Shown here: piece after piece, positions 16,508-25,813 of the stretch
How the letters are laid out: each line of letters opens with the position of its first letter
How positions within the stretch are numbered: the first letter of the stretch is position 1
NCBI GenBank assembly: GCA_049606355.1
Contig: JBMYVL010000001.1
Location: forward strand, 136,871-168,870
Direction of reading: 5' to 3'
Length of the DNA stretch: 32,000 nucleotides
From: Opitutales bacterium
Lineage (GTDB): Bacteria; Verrucomicrobiota; Verrucomicrobiia; Opitutales; Coraliomargaritaceae
Notes under the pieces: model-generated
What the model was told of the DNA's origin: nothing
Database searches by the model: none
Seen by the model: the letters and a program-made list of their open reading frames with translations, nothing else
Translations under genes and position numbers: made by a program

Positions 16508-18283
16508 CTACGAATCGATTTGGACACTCGTATTTTTAACCACTACCCGGAAACCAATCAAACGGCTCCGACCCGCGCGTGGTGTGGAACGTTTCGGAAC
16601 CGTGAAGAGCACGTCCAAGCGATCCTGTACATGCCCCCCGATGTGGTGGGCATCCTCTGTCTCAAAGCGATCCACCGACTCAAGCCATTCACTCACATTG
16701 CCGAGCAAGTCTTGAAAACCGTTATTGAGGGCTTTTTTACTCGCGACCACTTGAGGCGCCAGCTTGTCGTCTGCGGCACCCCAGACATGCGCCTCGAGAA
16801 CCACATAACGCAAGCGTCCCAAAGCCTGCCGGAATTCATCCTCGGTCGGCAAGCGCACCTCTGTACCCATGATCCAGCCAAGGCGTTCACAAAACTCCTT
16901 GGCATCCTTCCAACTCACTGAATCAACGGGGCACAAATCGCCAACATTGCGGCTCGGGTTTCCGCCCATAATCAGACTGTAGAGGGCTTGAGAAGTTTCG
17001 GTCCGAGTCATCTGCCAATCCGACACCCCCGGAATCGGTAACAGAGCGTTGTAGATACGGTCTTGGATAAAGTCCAAATCCGTTTGAATCAGATTCAAAT
17101 AGCGAACCTTTAACTCCAACTGCGGATTATTCAGTGAACTCCTCGGAAAGACCTCTCGCAAGTGCTGAATCCCACGGCGCAACTCAACGATCACCTCCGC
17201 GGCCTCATATGTACGACGCGAGGCTAATAATTCTCGGAGTCGATCATGATTGGCTTCGATCTCCAAGCCCAGGTCAAAACTCTGCGAGGTTTGGCTTTTA
17301 CGCTCGAAGTCGGCAACACGTTCCGACGAGGCATACGGGCTTTTCGGATAGGTCTCGTTGAGTTTCCGCTGTAGGCGGGCAACCTCTTGGTACATGTGCG
17401 CGGCTTCGAGTGTCTCGCCTTCGACCTGTAAGGCATCCGCGCGATTCGCCATACGAACAATTTCTGCCTGACTTTGCCCTGAGCGGATGGCTACCAGCTG
17501 GGTCGACAACTGCTCAAAGCGGGGGACATTGTCGTGTTTGGTTCCTCTGAATTCACGATTCAAGCGATCTTGGAGTTGTATCGCCTGAACCAGGGCAAGT
17601 TCAGCACCCTCCCAATCTTCGCTCTCGATCAACAAATCAGCGGTTTTTTCAAGAGCCGAGCTCTCACGAGCCAACGGCTCGGCGGCCAAAAAGCGCGATT
17701 CGCGCAGCAATCGGGTCGAACGGTTCGGATTAGCGGCGGAGCTCAGTGGATACTCCACGTTAATTTCTTTTTGTAGGCGCAATGCCTCCACGAGCGCGCG
17801 TGAGGCCGCCTCGAAAGAGCCCTCTTTTTCTAAGTTCCGAGCGGTACGTTCAAAATTCAGGCTGTCTTCAATCAGGACTTGGGAGGCGTATTCATCATAG
17901 CGCCCATTTAAGTTTTTTTCACGCTGAGCCGCCTCGGCTGAGTAGGCAGGCAAGCGATCCACATATTGACTTTGTAGCTCGAGGGCTCGGCGCAGCAGTT
18001 CCAGGTCCTTAAATTGTGGCTCTCGCAGCGCTACGATTTCCTCAAACTGAGCCTCCAACTCGAGACTTTGTAACTGAAGCTGTTTCACTTCTTCCGACAG
18101 CTCCTCTTCTACAATAATCTCTGAATAATCGACCTTCTTGGGTCCCAGTGAGGAAAGAAACCAAAAGAGCGACAATACCCCCAATCCAAGCAAAATGGCG
18201 AGCCAGGGCGTAGAAAACCCCTGTCGACGGGTTCCCGTCGAGAATCTTCGAGTGGTCTCCAATGGCTTTGGTATACGTCTCAT
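16508..18283 (-). CDS. membrane-anchored repeat protein with C-terminal FGE-sulfatase (SUMF1/PvdO/GldK)-like domain
   Basis: 591 aa. There is an N-terminal TM segment (WLAILLGLGVLSLFWFLSSL) and then a helical repeat region. The C-terminal motifs are CPVDSVSWKDAKEFCERLG, VRLPTEDEF, LLGNVSEWL and LIGFRVV. Confidence 0.8.
   Translation of the reverse strand: MRRIPKPLETTRRFSTGTRRQGFSTPWLAILLGLGVLSLFWFLSSLGPKKVDYSEIIVEEELSEEVKQLQLQSLELEAQFEEIVALREPQFKDLELLRRALELQSQYVDRLPAYSAEAAQREKNLNGRYDEYASQVLIEDSLNFERTARNLEKEGSFEAASRALVEALRLQKEINVEYPLSSAANPNRSTRLLRESRFLAAEPLARESSALEKTADLLIESEDWEGAELALVQAIQLQDRLNREFRGTKHDNVPRFEQLSTQLVAIRSGQSQAEIVRMANRADALQVEGETLEAAHMYQEVARLQRKLNETYPKSPYASSERVADFERKSQTSQSFDLGLEIEANHDRLRELLASRRTYEAAEVIVELRRGIQHLREVFPRSSLNNPQLELKVRYLNLIQTDLDFIQDRIYNALLPIPGVSDWQMTRTETSQALYSLIMGGNPSRNVGDLCPVDSVSWKDAKEFCERLGWIMGTEVRLPTEDEFRQALGRLRYVVLEAHVWGAADDKLAPQVVASKKALNNGFQDLLGNVSEWLESVDRFETEDAHHIGGHVQDRLDVLFTVPKRSTPRAGRSRLIGFRVVVKNTSVQIDS
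17018..18022 (-). repeat. five tandem 67-aa (about 201-nt) degenerate protein-level repeats inside the FGE-like gene
   Basis: Aligned cores recur at aa 100, 167, 234, 301 and 368: ALELQSQYVDRLPAYS, ALRLQKEINVEYPLSS, AIQLQDRLNREFRGTK, VARLQRKLNETYPKSP and RRGIQHLREVFPRSS. Each is preceded by an E-A-A-type helix, for example FEAASRALVEA or LEAAHMYQEV. Boundaries are approximate. Confidence 0.7.
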
Positions 18284-18429
18284 CGTTTAAAGGGCTTACT
18301 TCTGAAGTGTTTTTACATGATCGTAGGCACTTCGGTGAGCAAGGTAAAAGCTATTGCCACCACTGTGGAATGTTCCGCCGCATGATTTATCGCTCGACTT
18401 CAAATGGTGAAAAAAGTTTCAACATACAG

Positions 18430-19278
18430 ATGTTTCAGCAGATCACCATATTGGGGCCGGGCCTATTGGGTGCCTCACTCGCGATGGCGGTGAAAGCCCG
18501 TGGGCTTTCGCAGCGCGTGGTGGTTTGGTCACGGCGAGCCGAAACACGGGGCGAAAGTGCCAAACAGGCGTGGTGTGACGCGGTTTTCGAGACCCCTGAA
18601 GCGGCTGTCGGCGATAGCGACCTGGTGGTAGTTTGTACACCAGTAGAAACCATCGCTCCGCTGCTTGCGACGATACAACCGCACCTCAGCACCACCGCAC
18701 TGGTGACCGATGTGGGGAGTACGAAACGTCACATCTGTAAAGAAGCCCAACACTTATTGCAGACTGGAGCCAAATTTATCGGCTCCCATCCGATGGCGGG
18801 CTCGGAGCAGACCGGCATGGCGCATGCACGGGCAGACTTGTTTGAGAATGCGGCTTGCATTCTTACCCCCACAGATGACTCGGCCGGGGAAGCGACCGCA
18901 CGCTTACAGGCCTTCTGGAAGGGACTCGGCATGCAAACCAGCGTCATGCCCCCCGAACAACATGATGAAGCCGTCGCTCACATCAGCCACCTTCCCCATT
19001 TACTGACTTCGGCCCTCTGCGGCTACCTTTCAAAAAAAGACGAGGCCTGGCGCCACTTAGCTGGCAGCGGACTGCGCGACTGCACCCGTATTGCTGCGGG
19101 CGACCCGGACCTCTGGCAACAGATTCTCAAGCAGAATCGCGAAGAGGTCTTACATGCGATCGACGGGTATGAGGCCGTGTTGCAGGACTTCAAAGCAACA
19201 TTGGCCGAAGCACCGCCGGCCGAGTTAAAGCGTTTGCTTGTACGCGGTAAAAAATACCGCGACCATTTGAACCCATGA
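18430..19278 (+). CDS. tyrA: prephenate dehydrogenase
   Basis: The Rossmann start is MFQQITILGPGLLGASLAMAVKA, followed by DVGSTK and GSHPMAGSEQTG. I prefer ATG 18430 to the 56-codon upstream extension, which would overlap the divergent gene. Confidence 0.85.
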   Translation: MFQQITILGPGLLGASLAMAVKARGLSQRVVVWSRRAETRGESAKQAWCDAVFETPEAAVGDSDLVVVCTPVETIAPLLATIQPHLSTTALVTDVGSTKRHICKEAQHLLQTGAKFIGSHPMAGSEQTGMAHARADLFENAACILTPTDDSAGEATARLQAFWKGLGMQTSVMPPEQHDEAVAHISHLPHLLTSALCGYLSKKDEAWRHLAGSGLRDCTRIAAGDPDLWQQILKQNREEVLHAIDGYEAVLQDFKATLAEAPPAELKRLLVRGKKYRDHLNP

Positions 19279-20639
19279 GCGAGCCTCTGCCCATTCGACC
19301 CTTCACCTGCCCCATCGATACGCAGATCGATTTACCAGGTTCAAAGAGCATCACGAATCGTGCGCTGATTCTCGCCGCCCTCGCGGAAGGCCGTACGGTT
19401 CTTGAAGGTGCCCTATTTAGCCGCGATACGCGCCTCATGCTGAGGGCCCTCAACGATCTTGGCATCGAATGTACTGCGGATGAGGCGCAGCCGTCGATCA
19501 CCGTACACGGTGCCGGTGGACGCATCCCAAATAAAGAGGCGCACATTCATGTCGGTAATGCCGGCACGGCTGCGCGCTTCTTAACGGCGTTCCTCGCCCT
19601 CGAACCCGGCGGCAGGTATACCCTCGATGGTGACGAAGCGATGCGCGCTCGACCCATTGCGGGACTTCTGGCCGCACTCGTCGAGCTAGAGGCAGCTGAC
19701 TTTGAATTTTTGGGTGAACCCAACCACTTCCCGTTTATTCTGAAAGCCAAAGGTTACAAAGGTGGTCGTGCTACAGTCGATGCATCCGCCAGCAGCCAAA
19801 TTCTATCTGCGCTGTTGCTCGCTGCCTGTTCCCACAGTGAGAGCCCAACTGAATTCATCGCATCCGGAGTTCGCCCCGCTTATATTGACATCACACTGCA
19901 AATGCGCGAGGCCTTCGGCGCCGCGCCGCTCAAGGTGGATGCCGCAGCGCACTACACGCTCGACCCCATCGCCTACCGCAAGCCTACATCCGGCCAGTAT
20001 GCGATCGAGCCCGACGTATCGGCAGCCAGTTACTTCCTGGCGCTCACCCTCATTCAAGGTGGGACCCTCAGCATACCGAAGCTAAGCGCGCAGCCACTTC
20101 AAGGGGATGCGCAATTTGCCGAAGTATTGGCACACCATGGATTGCGCGTGGATGCGACTCCACGCGGCTGGATCGCGTCAAACCCAAGGCCTGACGAAAT
20201 TAAGCGCGGTCACCGTGAAATCGATTTCAATCATTTCTCCGACACCTTCCTAACCTATGCCGCGATTGCGCCGCTACTTGGCGGCTCTGTGCGAATTACC
20301 GGCATTGGCCATACCCGCCACCAGGAAACCGACCGGATCGCCGGCATGGCCAATGAACTGTCCAAGCTCGGTCAACTCGTGAAGGAAGAAGACGATGCGC
20401 TCACGGTCGCACCAAAACCCAACGAACTGCGCGCGCGCGTACTGAATGCCCGCAAAGCCGGTAAATTAATCGAGATTGAGACCTACGAAGATCACCGATT
20501 TGCCATGAGTTTCGCAATCTTGGGCAGTTATGATCTCCTCGGCGATGGCGAACCATGGCTCGCCATCCAAGACCCGAATTGTTGCGGCAAAACCTTCCCC
20601 CATTTCTTCGAGGCACTGGAGCGCTTGCGGCATGCATAA
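19275..20639 (+). CDS. aroA: 3-phosphoshikimate 1-carboxyvinyltransferase (EPSP synthase)
   Basis: 454 aa. It has LPGSKSITNRALILAALAEG, NAGTAARFL and HRFAMSFAILG. There is an ATGA overlap with the tyrA stop. Confidence 0.95.
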   Translation: MSEPLPIRPFTCPIDTQIDLPGSKSITNRALILAALAEGRTVLEGALFSRDTRLMLRALNDLGIECTADEAQPSITVHGAGGRIPNKEAHIHVGNAGTAARFLTAFLALEPGGRYTLDGDEAMRARPIAGLLAALVELEAADFEFLGEPNHFPFILKAKGYKGGRATVDASASSQILSALLLAACSHSESPTEFIASGVRPAYIDITLQMREAFGAAPLKVDAAAHYTLDPIAYRKPTSGQYAIEPDVSAASYFLALTLIQGGTLSIPKLSAQPLQGDAQFAEVLAHHGLRVDATPRGWIASNPRPDEIKRGHREIDFNHFSDTFLTYAAIAPLLGGSVRITGIGHTRHQETDRIAGMANELSKLGQLVKEEDDALTVAPKPNELRARVLNARKAGKLIEIETYEDHRFAMSFAILGSYDLLGDGEPWLAIQDPNCCGKTFPHFFEALERLRHA

Positions 20640-21306
20640 CACCAACCCATGCACAGTCATTGCCATTGATGGTGGAGCTGCCACTGGCAAATCGTCAACC
20701 GCACGGGCCTTAGCCGAACAGCTCGATTTCATGCACGTCGACACCGGCGCACATTACCGCAGCCTAACTGCAGCGCTGCGACAACTGGGGGTCACCCCCA
20801 GCAGTGAAGCGACTGTAGTCGGCAAACTCACGAGTCTGAAACTCGGCACGCAGTTGCGAGGCCGTAGCGCCTTACTGAGTATCAATGACCGCGTCCTCAC
20901 CGAAGCGGCCATACGCGCTCCGGAAGTGACTGCCTCCGTTTCGCTTTTCGCCGCCTTTCCCAGTGTGCGCCAATTTCTTTTTGACTACCAACGAGGGCAA
21001 GTCGCCGTAGCGACTCAACATGGGTATGCTGGACTGATTATGGAAGGGCGCGATATTGGCAGCGTTATTTTTCCGGATGCCGACCATCGTTTCTTCCTGC
21101 ATGCCGATGCCGCGACGCGTGCTGCCCGTCGAGCAAATGAAGGTTTGAGTGACTCGATCACGCAGCGCGACCAACTGGACCGCACGCGTAAAGCAGCTCC
21201 ACTCGTCTGCCCTGAGGGCGCCACTCAAATTGACACCGGACCGTTGCCCTTAGAGGGTGTGGTGCAGCAAATTCGTGCCCTCATCAACCTTCAGCCACAT
21301 GACTAG
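20632..21306 (+). CDS. cmk: cytidylate kinase
   Basis: It has IAIDGGAATGKSSTARALAEQLDFMHVDTGAHYR (P-loop plus the CMP-kinase motif). ATG 20632 overlaps the aroA stop by 8 nt. Confidence 0.9.
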   Translation: MHNTNPCTVIAIDGGAATGKSSTARALAEQLDFMHVDTGAHYRSLTAALRQLGVTPSSEATVVGKLTSLKLGTQLRGRSALLSINDRVLTEAAIRAPEVTASVSLFAAFPSVRQFLFDYQRGQVAVATQHGYAGLIMEGRDIGSVIFPDADHRFFLHADAATRAARRANEGLSDSITQRDQLDRTRKAAPLVCPEGATQIDTGPLPLEGVVQQIRALINLQPHD

Positions 21307-21949
21307 TCCGCAAACCGAAATACCTGCACTGTACAATACGGTTCGAGTGATCGCCGATTGGTATTTCAGTACCTTTTACGACTATACGCTGTCGGGTGCG
21401 CAGCACGTGCCGCAGCAGGGAGGGCTGATTTTCGCGGCGAATCACATCAGCTTTTACGATCCCCCGGCCATTGGTGCGCGCATTCGTCGCCAAATCAGTT
21501 ACTTCGCCCGCGACACCTTGTATAAAGGCTGGTTCGGCAAAGGCCTGTTGGCCATCGATACCATCCCTGTCGCCCGCGATAACGCCGACGTCAAATCGCT
21601 TAAAGCAATTTTTAAAACGCTCAAAAAAGCGGGCGCGGTCGCAATTTACCCCGAAGGCACGCGCTCGGCAGATGGTCAACTCGCGGAACCCAAGCCGGGT
21701 GCGGGAATGATTGCCTGTAAATCCGGTGCCATCGTTATTCCCACACGAATCTTCGGCACCTATGAAGCGTTTGGCCGGCAACACAAGCGCCCCACTTTGG
21801 GAGGGCCGATACACATTGCCTATGGTCGCCCCATGACAGCCGCCGAGATTGACCCCGGCAAAGATCACCCCGAGCGCTATCTCGAAGCGTCTCGGCGCAT
21901 CATGGCTCGTATCGCCGCACTTCAGCCGCCGAATAATCTCGTTGTTTAG
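21299..21949 (+). CDS. plsC: 1-acyl-sn-glycerol-3-phosphate acyltransferase
   Basis: The acyltransferase motifs are NHISFYD (HX4D), FARDTL and IYPEGTRS. ATG 21299 overlaps the cmk stop by 8 nt. Confidence 0.85.
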   Translation: MTSPQTEIPALYNTVRVIADWYFSTFYDYTLSGAQHVPQQGGLIFAANHISFYDPPAIGARIRRQISYFARDTLYKGWFGKGLLAIDTIPVARDNADVKSLKAIFKTLKKAGAVAIYPEGTRSADGQLAEPKPGAGMIACKSGAIVIPTRIFGTYEAFGRQHKRPTLGGPIHIAYGRPMTAAEIDPGKDHPERYLEASRRIMARIAALQPPNNLVV

Positions 21950-21991
21950 ACCCAGACCTGCACCGTTTTCATCGATTTCAACTTTTCAGAC

Positions 21992-23200
21992 ATGAGTAAC
22001 TCCCAGAGTAACCCTTCCGATCGCTACGCGCAGCGTGGCGTATCTTCTTCAAAATCTGAAGTGCATGCCGTCGTCGATACACTCGACCGTGGTATCTTCC
22101 CCGGCGCGTTTTGTAAAATAGGCGCCGACCGCCTCACGAATGACCCGGCCAAGTGTAATATCATTCATTCGGATGGTTCGGGAACCAAGAGTACGCTCGC
22201 CTATCTGCATTATCGTGAAACCGGCGACCCCAGCGGCTTCCGCAAGACCGCACAAGACAGTTTGGTGATGAATATTGATGACTTGCTGTGCGTAGGGGCG
22301 ATCGATGGCATCTTGATTTCCAGCACGGTAAACCGCAACGCGCGTGCGGTGCCCGGTGAAGCACTAGCTGAGTTAATTTCAGGCACCGAAGAGTTCCTCG
22401 CCTTGCTGCGCAGCTATGGGGTCGGAACTCACAGTGGGGGCGGTGAAACCGCGGATGTCGGCGATCTCACCGGTACCGTTACCGTCGACTCGTGTGCGGT
22501 TGTCGTGATGGACCGCAAAAACGTGGTGGATAATGCCCAAATTAAACCCGGACTTGCGATCGTCGGTTTGGCATCCGCTGGGCAAGCCACTTATGAAAGC
22601 TCTGAAAACTCCGGGATTGGCAGCAACGGCCTGACCAGCGCGCGCCACGATTTACTCTGCAGCGACTACCTCGAAAAGTATCCGGAAACCTGCGACCTAA
22701 GCACCAAGCAGGAATTTCTTTACTGTGGTCCCTACAAAATGGAAGATCCGTTACCGGGTTCTCGCATGAGTGTGGGTGAAGCCCTAATGAGCCCGACCCG
22801 TACCTACGCGCCCATTATAAAACAACTCCTCGAGGAAGATCGCGATGCCATCCACGGCATGGTCCACTGCTCCGGAGGAGGGCAAACCAAATGCCTGCGC
22901 TTCGGCACAGCGGTGCACATTATCAAAGACAATTTCCTGCCCGTTCCGCCGATTTTTACTGCCATCCAGCAAGCCAGTGGCACCACTGACGAGGAAATGT
23001 TCCGCGTCTACAACATGGGGCATCGCATGGAGCTGTACTGCGAGCCAGAGGCCGCAGCAGGCATCATCGCCAAAAGCCAAGCCTTCGGCATCCCTGCCCA
23101 GATCATCGGCCGTACCGAAGCCAGTCAGAGAGCGGATCGCGCCAACCACCTCACTATTGAACATGGCGGCAAGACGCTCGACTACGCGATCGAGGACTAA
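21992..23200 (+). CDS. purM: AIR synthase family protein, long-form phosphoribosylformylglycinamidine cyclo-ligase (PurM-like)
   Basis: 402 aa. The N-terminus [33 protein letters not shown] ... [14 protein letters not shown] matches the long Bacteroidetes-type PurM as I remember it. The PurM-type GGGETA motif is also present. Confidence 0.75.
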   Translation: MSNSQSNPSDRYAQRGVSSSKSEVHAVVDTLDRGIFPGAFCKIGADRLTNDPAKCNIIHSDGSGTKSTLAYLHYRETGDPSGFRKTAQDSLVMNIDDLLCVGAIDGILISSTVNRNARAVPGEALAELISGTEEFLALLRSYGVGTHSGGGETADVGDLTGTVTVDSCAVVVMDRKNVVDNAQIKPGLAIVGLASAGQATYESSENSGIGSNGLTSARHDLLCSDYLEKYPETCDLSTKQEFLYCGPYKMEDPLPGSRMSVGEALMSPTRTYAPIIKQLLEEDRDAIHGMVHCSGGGQTKCLRFGTAVHIIKDNFLPVPPIFTAIQQASGTTDEEMFRVYNMGHRMELYCEPEAAAGIIAKSQAFGIPAQIIGRTEASQRADRANHLTIEHGGKTLDYAIED

Positions 23201-23206
23201 ATCAAA

Positions 23207-23596
23207 TTGCTCAAAGCCTGCCTCCAGTCCTTCTTGTTGCTACTCAGTTTGTGGCTACTGACCGGGCCGCTTGCACTGCTGCAACTGGGTGCTTGGGCAT
23301 GGATGGTGACGAGCTACTCGCAGGAAAGTTCATTTGAACAGGCGGTGAGCGAGACCTTTAGCGGCGAACGTCCCTGCGAGATGTGCAAGCTGATTACTAA
23401 GGTCGAAGCTGCAGCGGATACACAGCAGCCACTCCACACGACTGACTCCAAGGAGCTCAAGTTACTTCGCTGTGAGCTGCGCGCCTTCACGCTCTCGCAC
23501 CCGCGTCGTTCTTATTTGAACGCTTCTTGCTCCGCGCAGCGAATTCAGAATCCAGACAAGGAAGTGCCCAGTCCCCCGCCTCGAGAATTCGTTTAA
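23207..23596 (+). CDS. hypothetical membrane-anchored CxxC protein
   Basis: 129 aa from TTG 23207, 6 nt after the purM stop. The hydrophobic N-terminus is FLLLLSLWLLTGPLALLQLGAWAWMV, followed by FSGERPCEMCKL (CxxC). No family was recognised. Confidence 0.4.
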   Translation: MLKACLQSFLLLLSLWLLTGPLALLQLGAWAWMVTSYSQESSFEQAVSETFSGERPCEMCKLITKVEAAADTQQPLHTTDSKELKLLRCELRAFTLSHPRRSYLNASCSAQRIQNPDKEVPSPPPREFV

Positions 23597-23654
23597 GCAT
23601 TCTGTCATGCAGCTCGTTCGCCGAACTGCACACATTTACTTATAACGAATTTCT

Positions 23655-24755
23655 ATGAAACAACGACTCTCTTCCGTAATACTCACCCTTGCGGCGACAA
23701 CTGCCGCACTTGCAGTGCCCGCAACCGCTGAATACAGCTGTTGCCCAAGTGCAACAAATTCCGGGCGACCGGACTCCCACGCCCCCATCTCGGTGATGGG
23801 CGACCATACCCATCACAAGGGGGGCTGGATGCTCTCCTATCGCTTGATGCGCATGGACATGAATGGCATGCGCAAGGGCACTAACGATCTCTCCTCCCAA
23901 GATATCTTCGCGGCAAACTACACTGTCGCGCCCGAGCGCATGACCATGGACATGCACATGTTCGGCTTCATGTACGCTGCTAGCGACAAGCTGACGCTGA
24001 TGGCGATGCGTAATTACATTGAATCCGATATGAGCCACCGCATCCATCCAGGCTCCGGCATGCTGATTGCAGCCAACGGCGGCAGCGAGCAGTTCACCAC
24101 CAAGACCTCTGGTTGGGGCGATACCCAACTCACTGCGCTTTACAAATTCTACGATAAAGACCAGCAGAAGGCGCACCTTGGGCTCGGGCTGAATCTTCCC
24201 ACCGGCTCGGTTGCAGCGAAGGACCGCATTCCGATGATGGAAATGGGCCTCGTCAACAGTGTGCTACCCGCACCGATGCAACTCGGCTCCGGCACCTACG
24301 ACCTACTTCCGTCACTGACCTTCCGACAGCAATTCGAGGAATGGTCCTACGGGGTACAGGCCAGCGGCATCGTTCGCCTGCAAGATAACAACGACCGCGA
24401 CTATCGCCACGGCCACCAATTCGGCCTAACGAGTTGGGCAGGCTATGTCCTGAGCGACTGGATCAGCCTCGGCGGCGGGCTTAGCTACAAGTGGTCCGGC
24501 ACGCTCAAAGGCGACCAGCAAGACATCAACCAGGGCCCGATGATGGGGCGCAACACCGTAACCACCGCCTACGGCGACAACTATGGTGGCGAACGCATCG
24601 ACGCGATTCTGGGGGTCAACCTAATCGGCCCCAAGGGCGCACTCAAAGGCCACCGCCTTGCAGCCGATATTCGTCTGCCACTCTGGCAGGACTTGCATGG
24701 CTACCAGATGGCAACCGACTGGGTCCTTACCCTCGGTTGGCAAAAGGCCTGGTAA
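23655..24755 (+). CDS. outer-membrane beta-barrel 'transporter' (MetA-pathway/Phenol_MetA_deg-like) with Met/His-rich N-terminal region
   Basis: The signal peptide is [25 protein letters not shown]. The conserved start [31 protein letters not shown], the alternating amphipathic strands and a terminal aromatic (LGWQKAW) fit an OM barrel of this family. Confidence 0.7.
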   Translation: MKQRLSSVILTLAATTAALAVPATAEYSCCPSATNSGRPDSHAPISVMGDHTHHKGGWMLSYRLMRMDMNGMRKGTNDLSSQDIFAANYTVAPERMTMDMHMFGFMYAASDKLTLMAMRNYIESDMSHRIHPGSGMLIAANGGSEQFTTKTSGWGDTQLTALYKFYDKDQQKAHLGLGLNLPTGSVAAKDRIPMMEMGLVNSVLPAPMQLGSGTYDLLPSLTFRQQFEEWSYGVQASGIVRLQDNNDRDYRHGHQFGLTSWAGYVLSDWISLGGGLSYKWSGTLKGDQQDINQGPMMGRNTVTTAYGDNYGGERIDAILGVNLIGPKGALKGHRLAADIRLPLWQDLHGYQMATDWVLTLGWQKAW

Positions 24756-24771
24756 CTGAAATGAATTCACC

Positions 24772-24798
24772 AAGCCCCGGTTCGCCGGGGCTTTTTTA
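24772..24798 (+). terminator. rho-independent terminator
   Basis: aagccccgg (24772-24780), loop ttcg, then ccggggctt (24785-24793), running into a T-run at 24792-24797. It lies 17 nt after the OM barrel stop. Confidence 0.8.
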
Positions 24799-24856
24799 TG
24801 TTCGGCCAAACAGCAGTTGCCAGTTTGATTGAAGAGGCTCTTAGTTGGGTACGCTC

Positions 24857-25813
24857 ATGCTTAAAAAAATCTCCATTTACGCCCTCGCACCACTACTCTT
24901 TTTGATAAGTGGACAGGCGCAAAATCTAGAGGTGCTGGGCGAATACAAAATCGGAATCGTTGGGCAGGACCAGGAAGATACCATCTATCAGGCCGCTCAC
25001 CTGGGCGCACAAGAAGCCTCGCGTGAAATGAGCCGCCGCTATTCGATTGATGTCGAGTTAATCGTGCTGACTCCTGACTCAAGCCAAGGCGGCGATCAGC
25101 AAACCTCCCTTGGGCAATTATTTATCGAAGCTGCGGATGGGTTTCTTATCAGCCCCGATCGCAGCGTTCTGGACGCGGTCCGCTTTGCACAGCAACAAGG
25201 GCAGGAAATTGTTTTTTTTGAAACCGAATTAAAGGCGATCGAACCACTTGCCTCCATCGTCGCCGATGAATACACGGCCGGCAGCTTGGCTGGGCAAAAT
25301 ATGCTCCAACGGCTACCGACTAAGGGGCGTACGGCCATTCTAATGGCGAAAGATCCCAGCCCTGCCATGCAGCAACGCCTGCAAGGGGTGCGTGCCGCGA
25401 TGGGGTATAAACGGATAGAAACGATTGTCACTTGCGAGCCCAATTATGCTGCAGCGATTGAGGCCATTCGCGAAGCCGAGGCACGCGATGCCAACGATTT
25501 GATCAAGGGCTGGATCTTTCTGGACGACTGGCCGCTGCTCGGCATGCCTGCGCTGCCGTGGAAACCGGGGCGCCTCCCTTGTGTTGCGATTCAATCGTCA
25601 CCGTCAGCTTTTCTCTACATCGACCAGGGCTATGTCAGTGCGCTCGTTGTGCATCCGTATTACGACTGGGGGTACCAGGGTCTCGTCACGCTGATCGAAA
25701 AGTTGCACATGAATCAAGCACCCGCAACGCCACACCGGATGACTGCACCCAAAGTCATTGATTGGCGCAATATCCAGGACTATCGCGACAGTTGGAAGTA
25801 CTGGCTACGCTAA
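24857..25813 (+). CDS. periplasmic-binding-protein type I fold (sugar-binding-like) solute-binding protein
   Basis: The signal peptide is MLKKISIYALAPLLFLISGQA. Alternating beta-alpha segments (KIGIVGQ, DGFLISP, IVFFE, TAILMA) are typical of Peripla_BP folds. There is no adjacent permease or ATPase. Confidence 0.55.
   Translation: MLKKISIYALAPLLFLISGQAQNLEVLGEYKIGIVGQDQEDTIYQAAHLGAQEASREMSRRYSIDVELIVLTPDSSQGGDQQTSLGQLFIEAADGFLISPDRSVLDAVRFAQQQGQEIVFFETELKAIEPLASIVADEYTAGSLAGQNMLQRLPTKGRTAILMAKDPSPAMQQRLQGVRAAMGYKRIETIVTCEPNYAAAIEAIREAEARDANDLIKGWIFLDDWPLLGMPALPWKPGRLPCVAIQSSPSAFLYIDQGYVSALVVHPYYDWGYQGLVTLIEKLHMNQAPATPHRMTAPKVIDWRNIQDYRDSWKYWLR

Noticed and set aside
21284-21868. A 194-aa minus-strand ORF antisense to plsC
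   Set aside because: The plus-strand frame carries the HX4D and EGTR acyltransferase motifs and sits in a coupled operon. The antisense translation has no motifs. I treat it as a shadow frame.
23640-24176. A 178-aa minus-strand ORF antisense to the outer-membrane barrel gene, rich in His
   Set aside because: Its His/Val richness simply mirrors the Met/His codons (ATG/CAT) of the sense strand. The sense frame has a signal peptide, barrel periodicity and a terminator.
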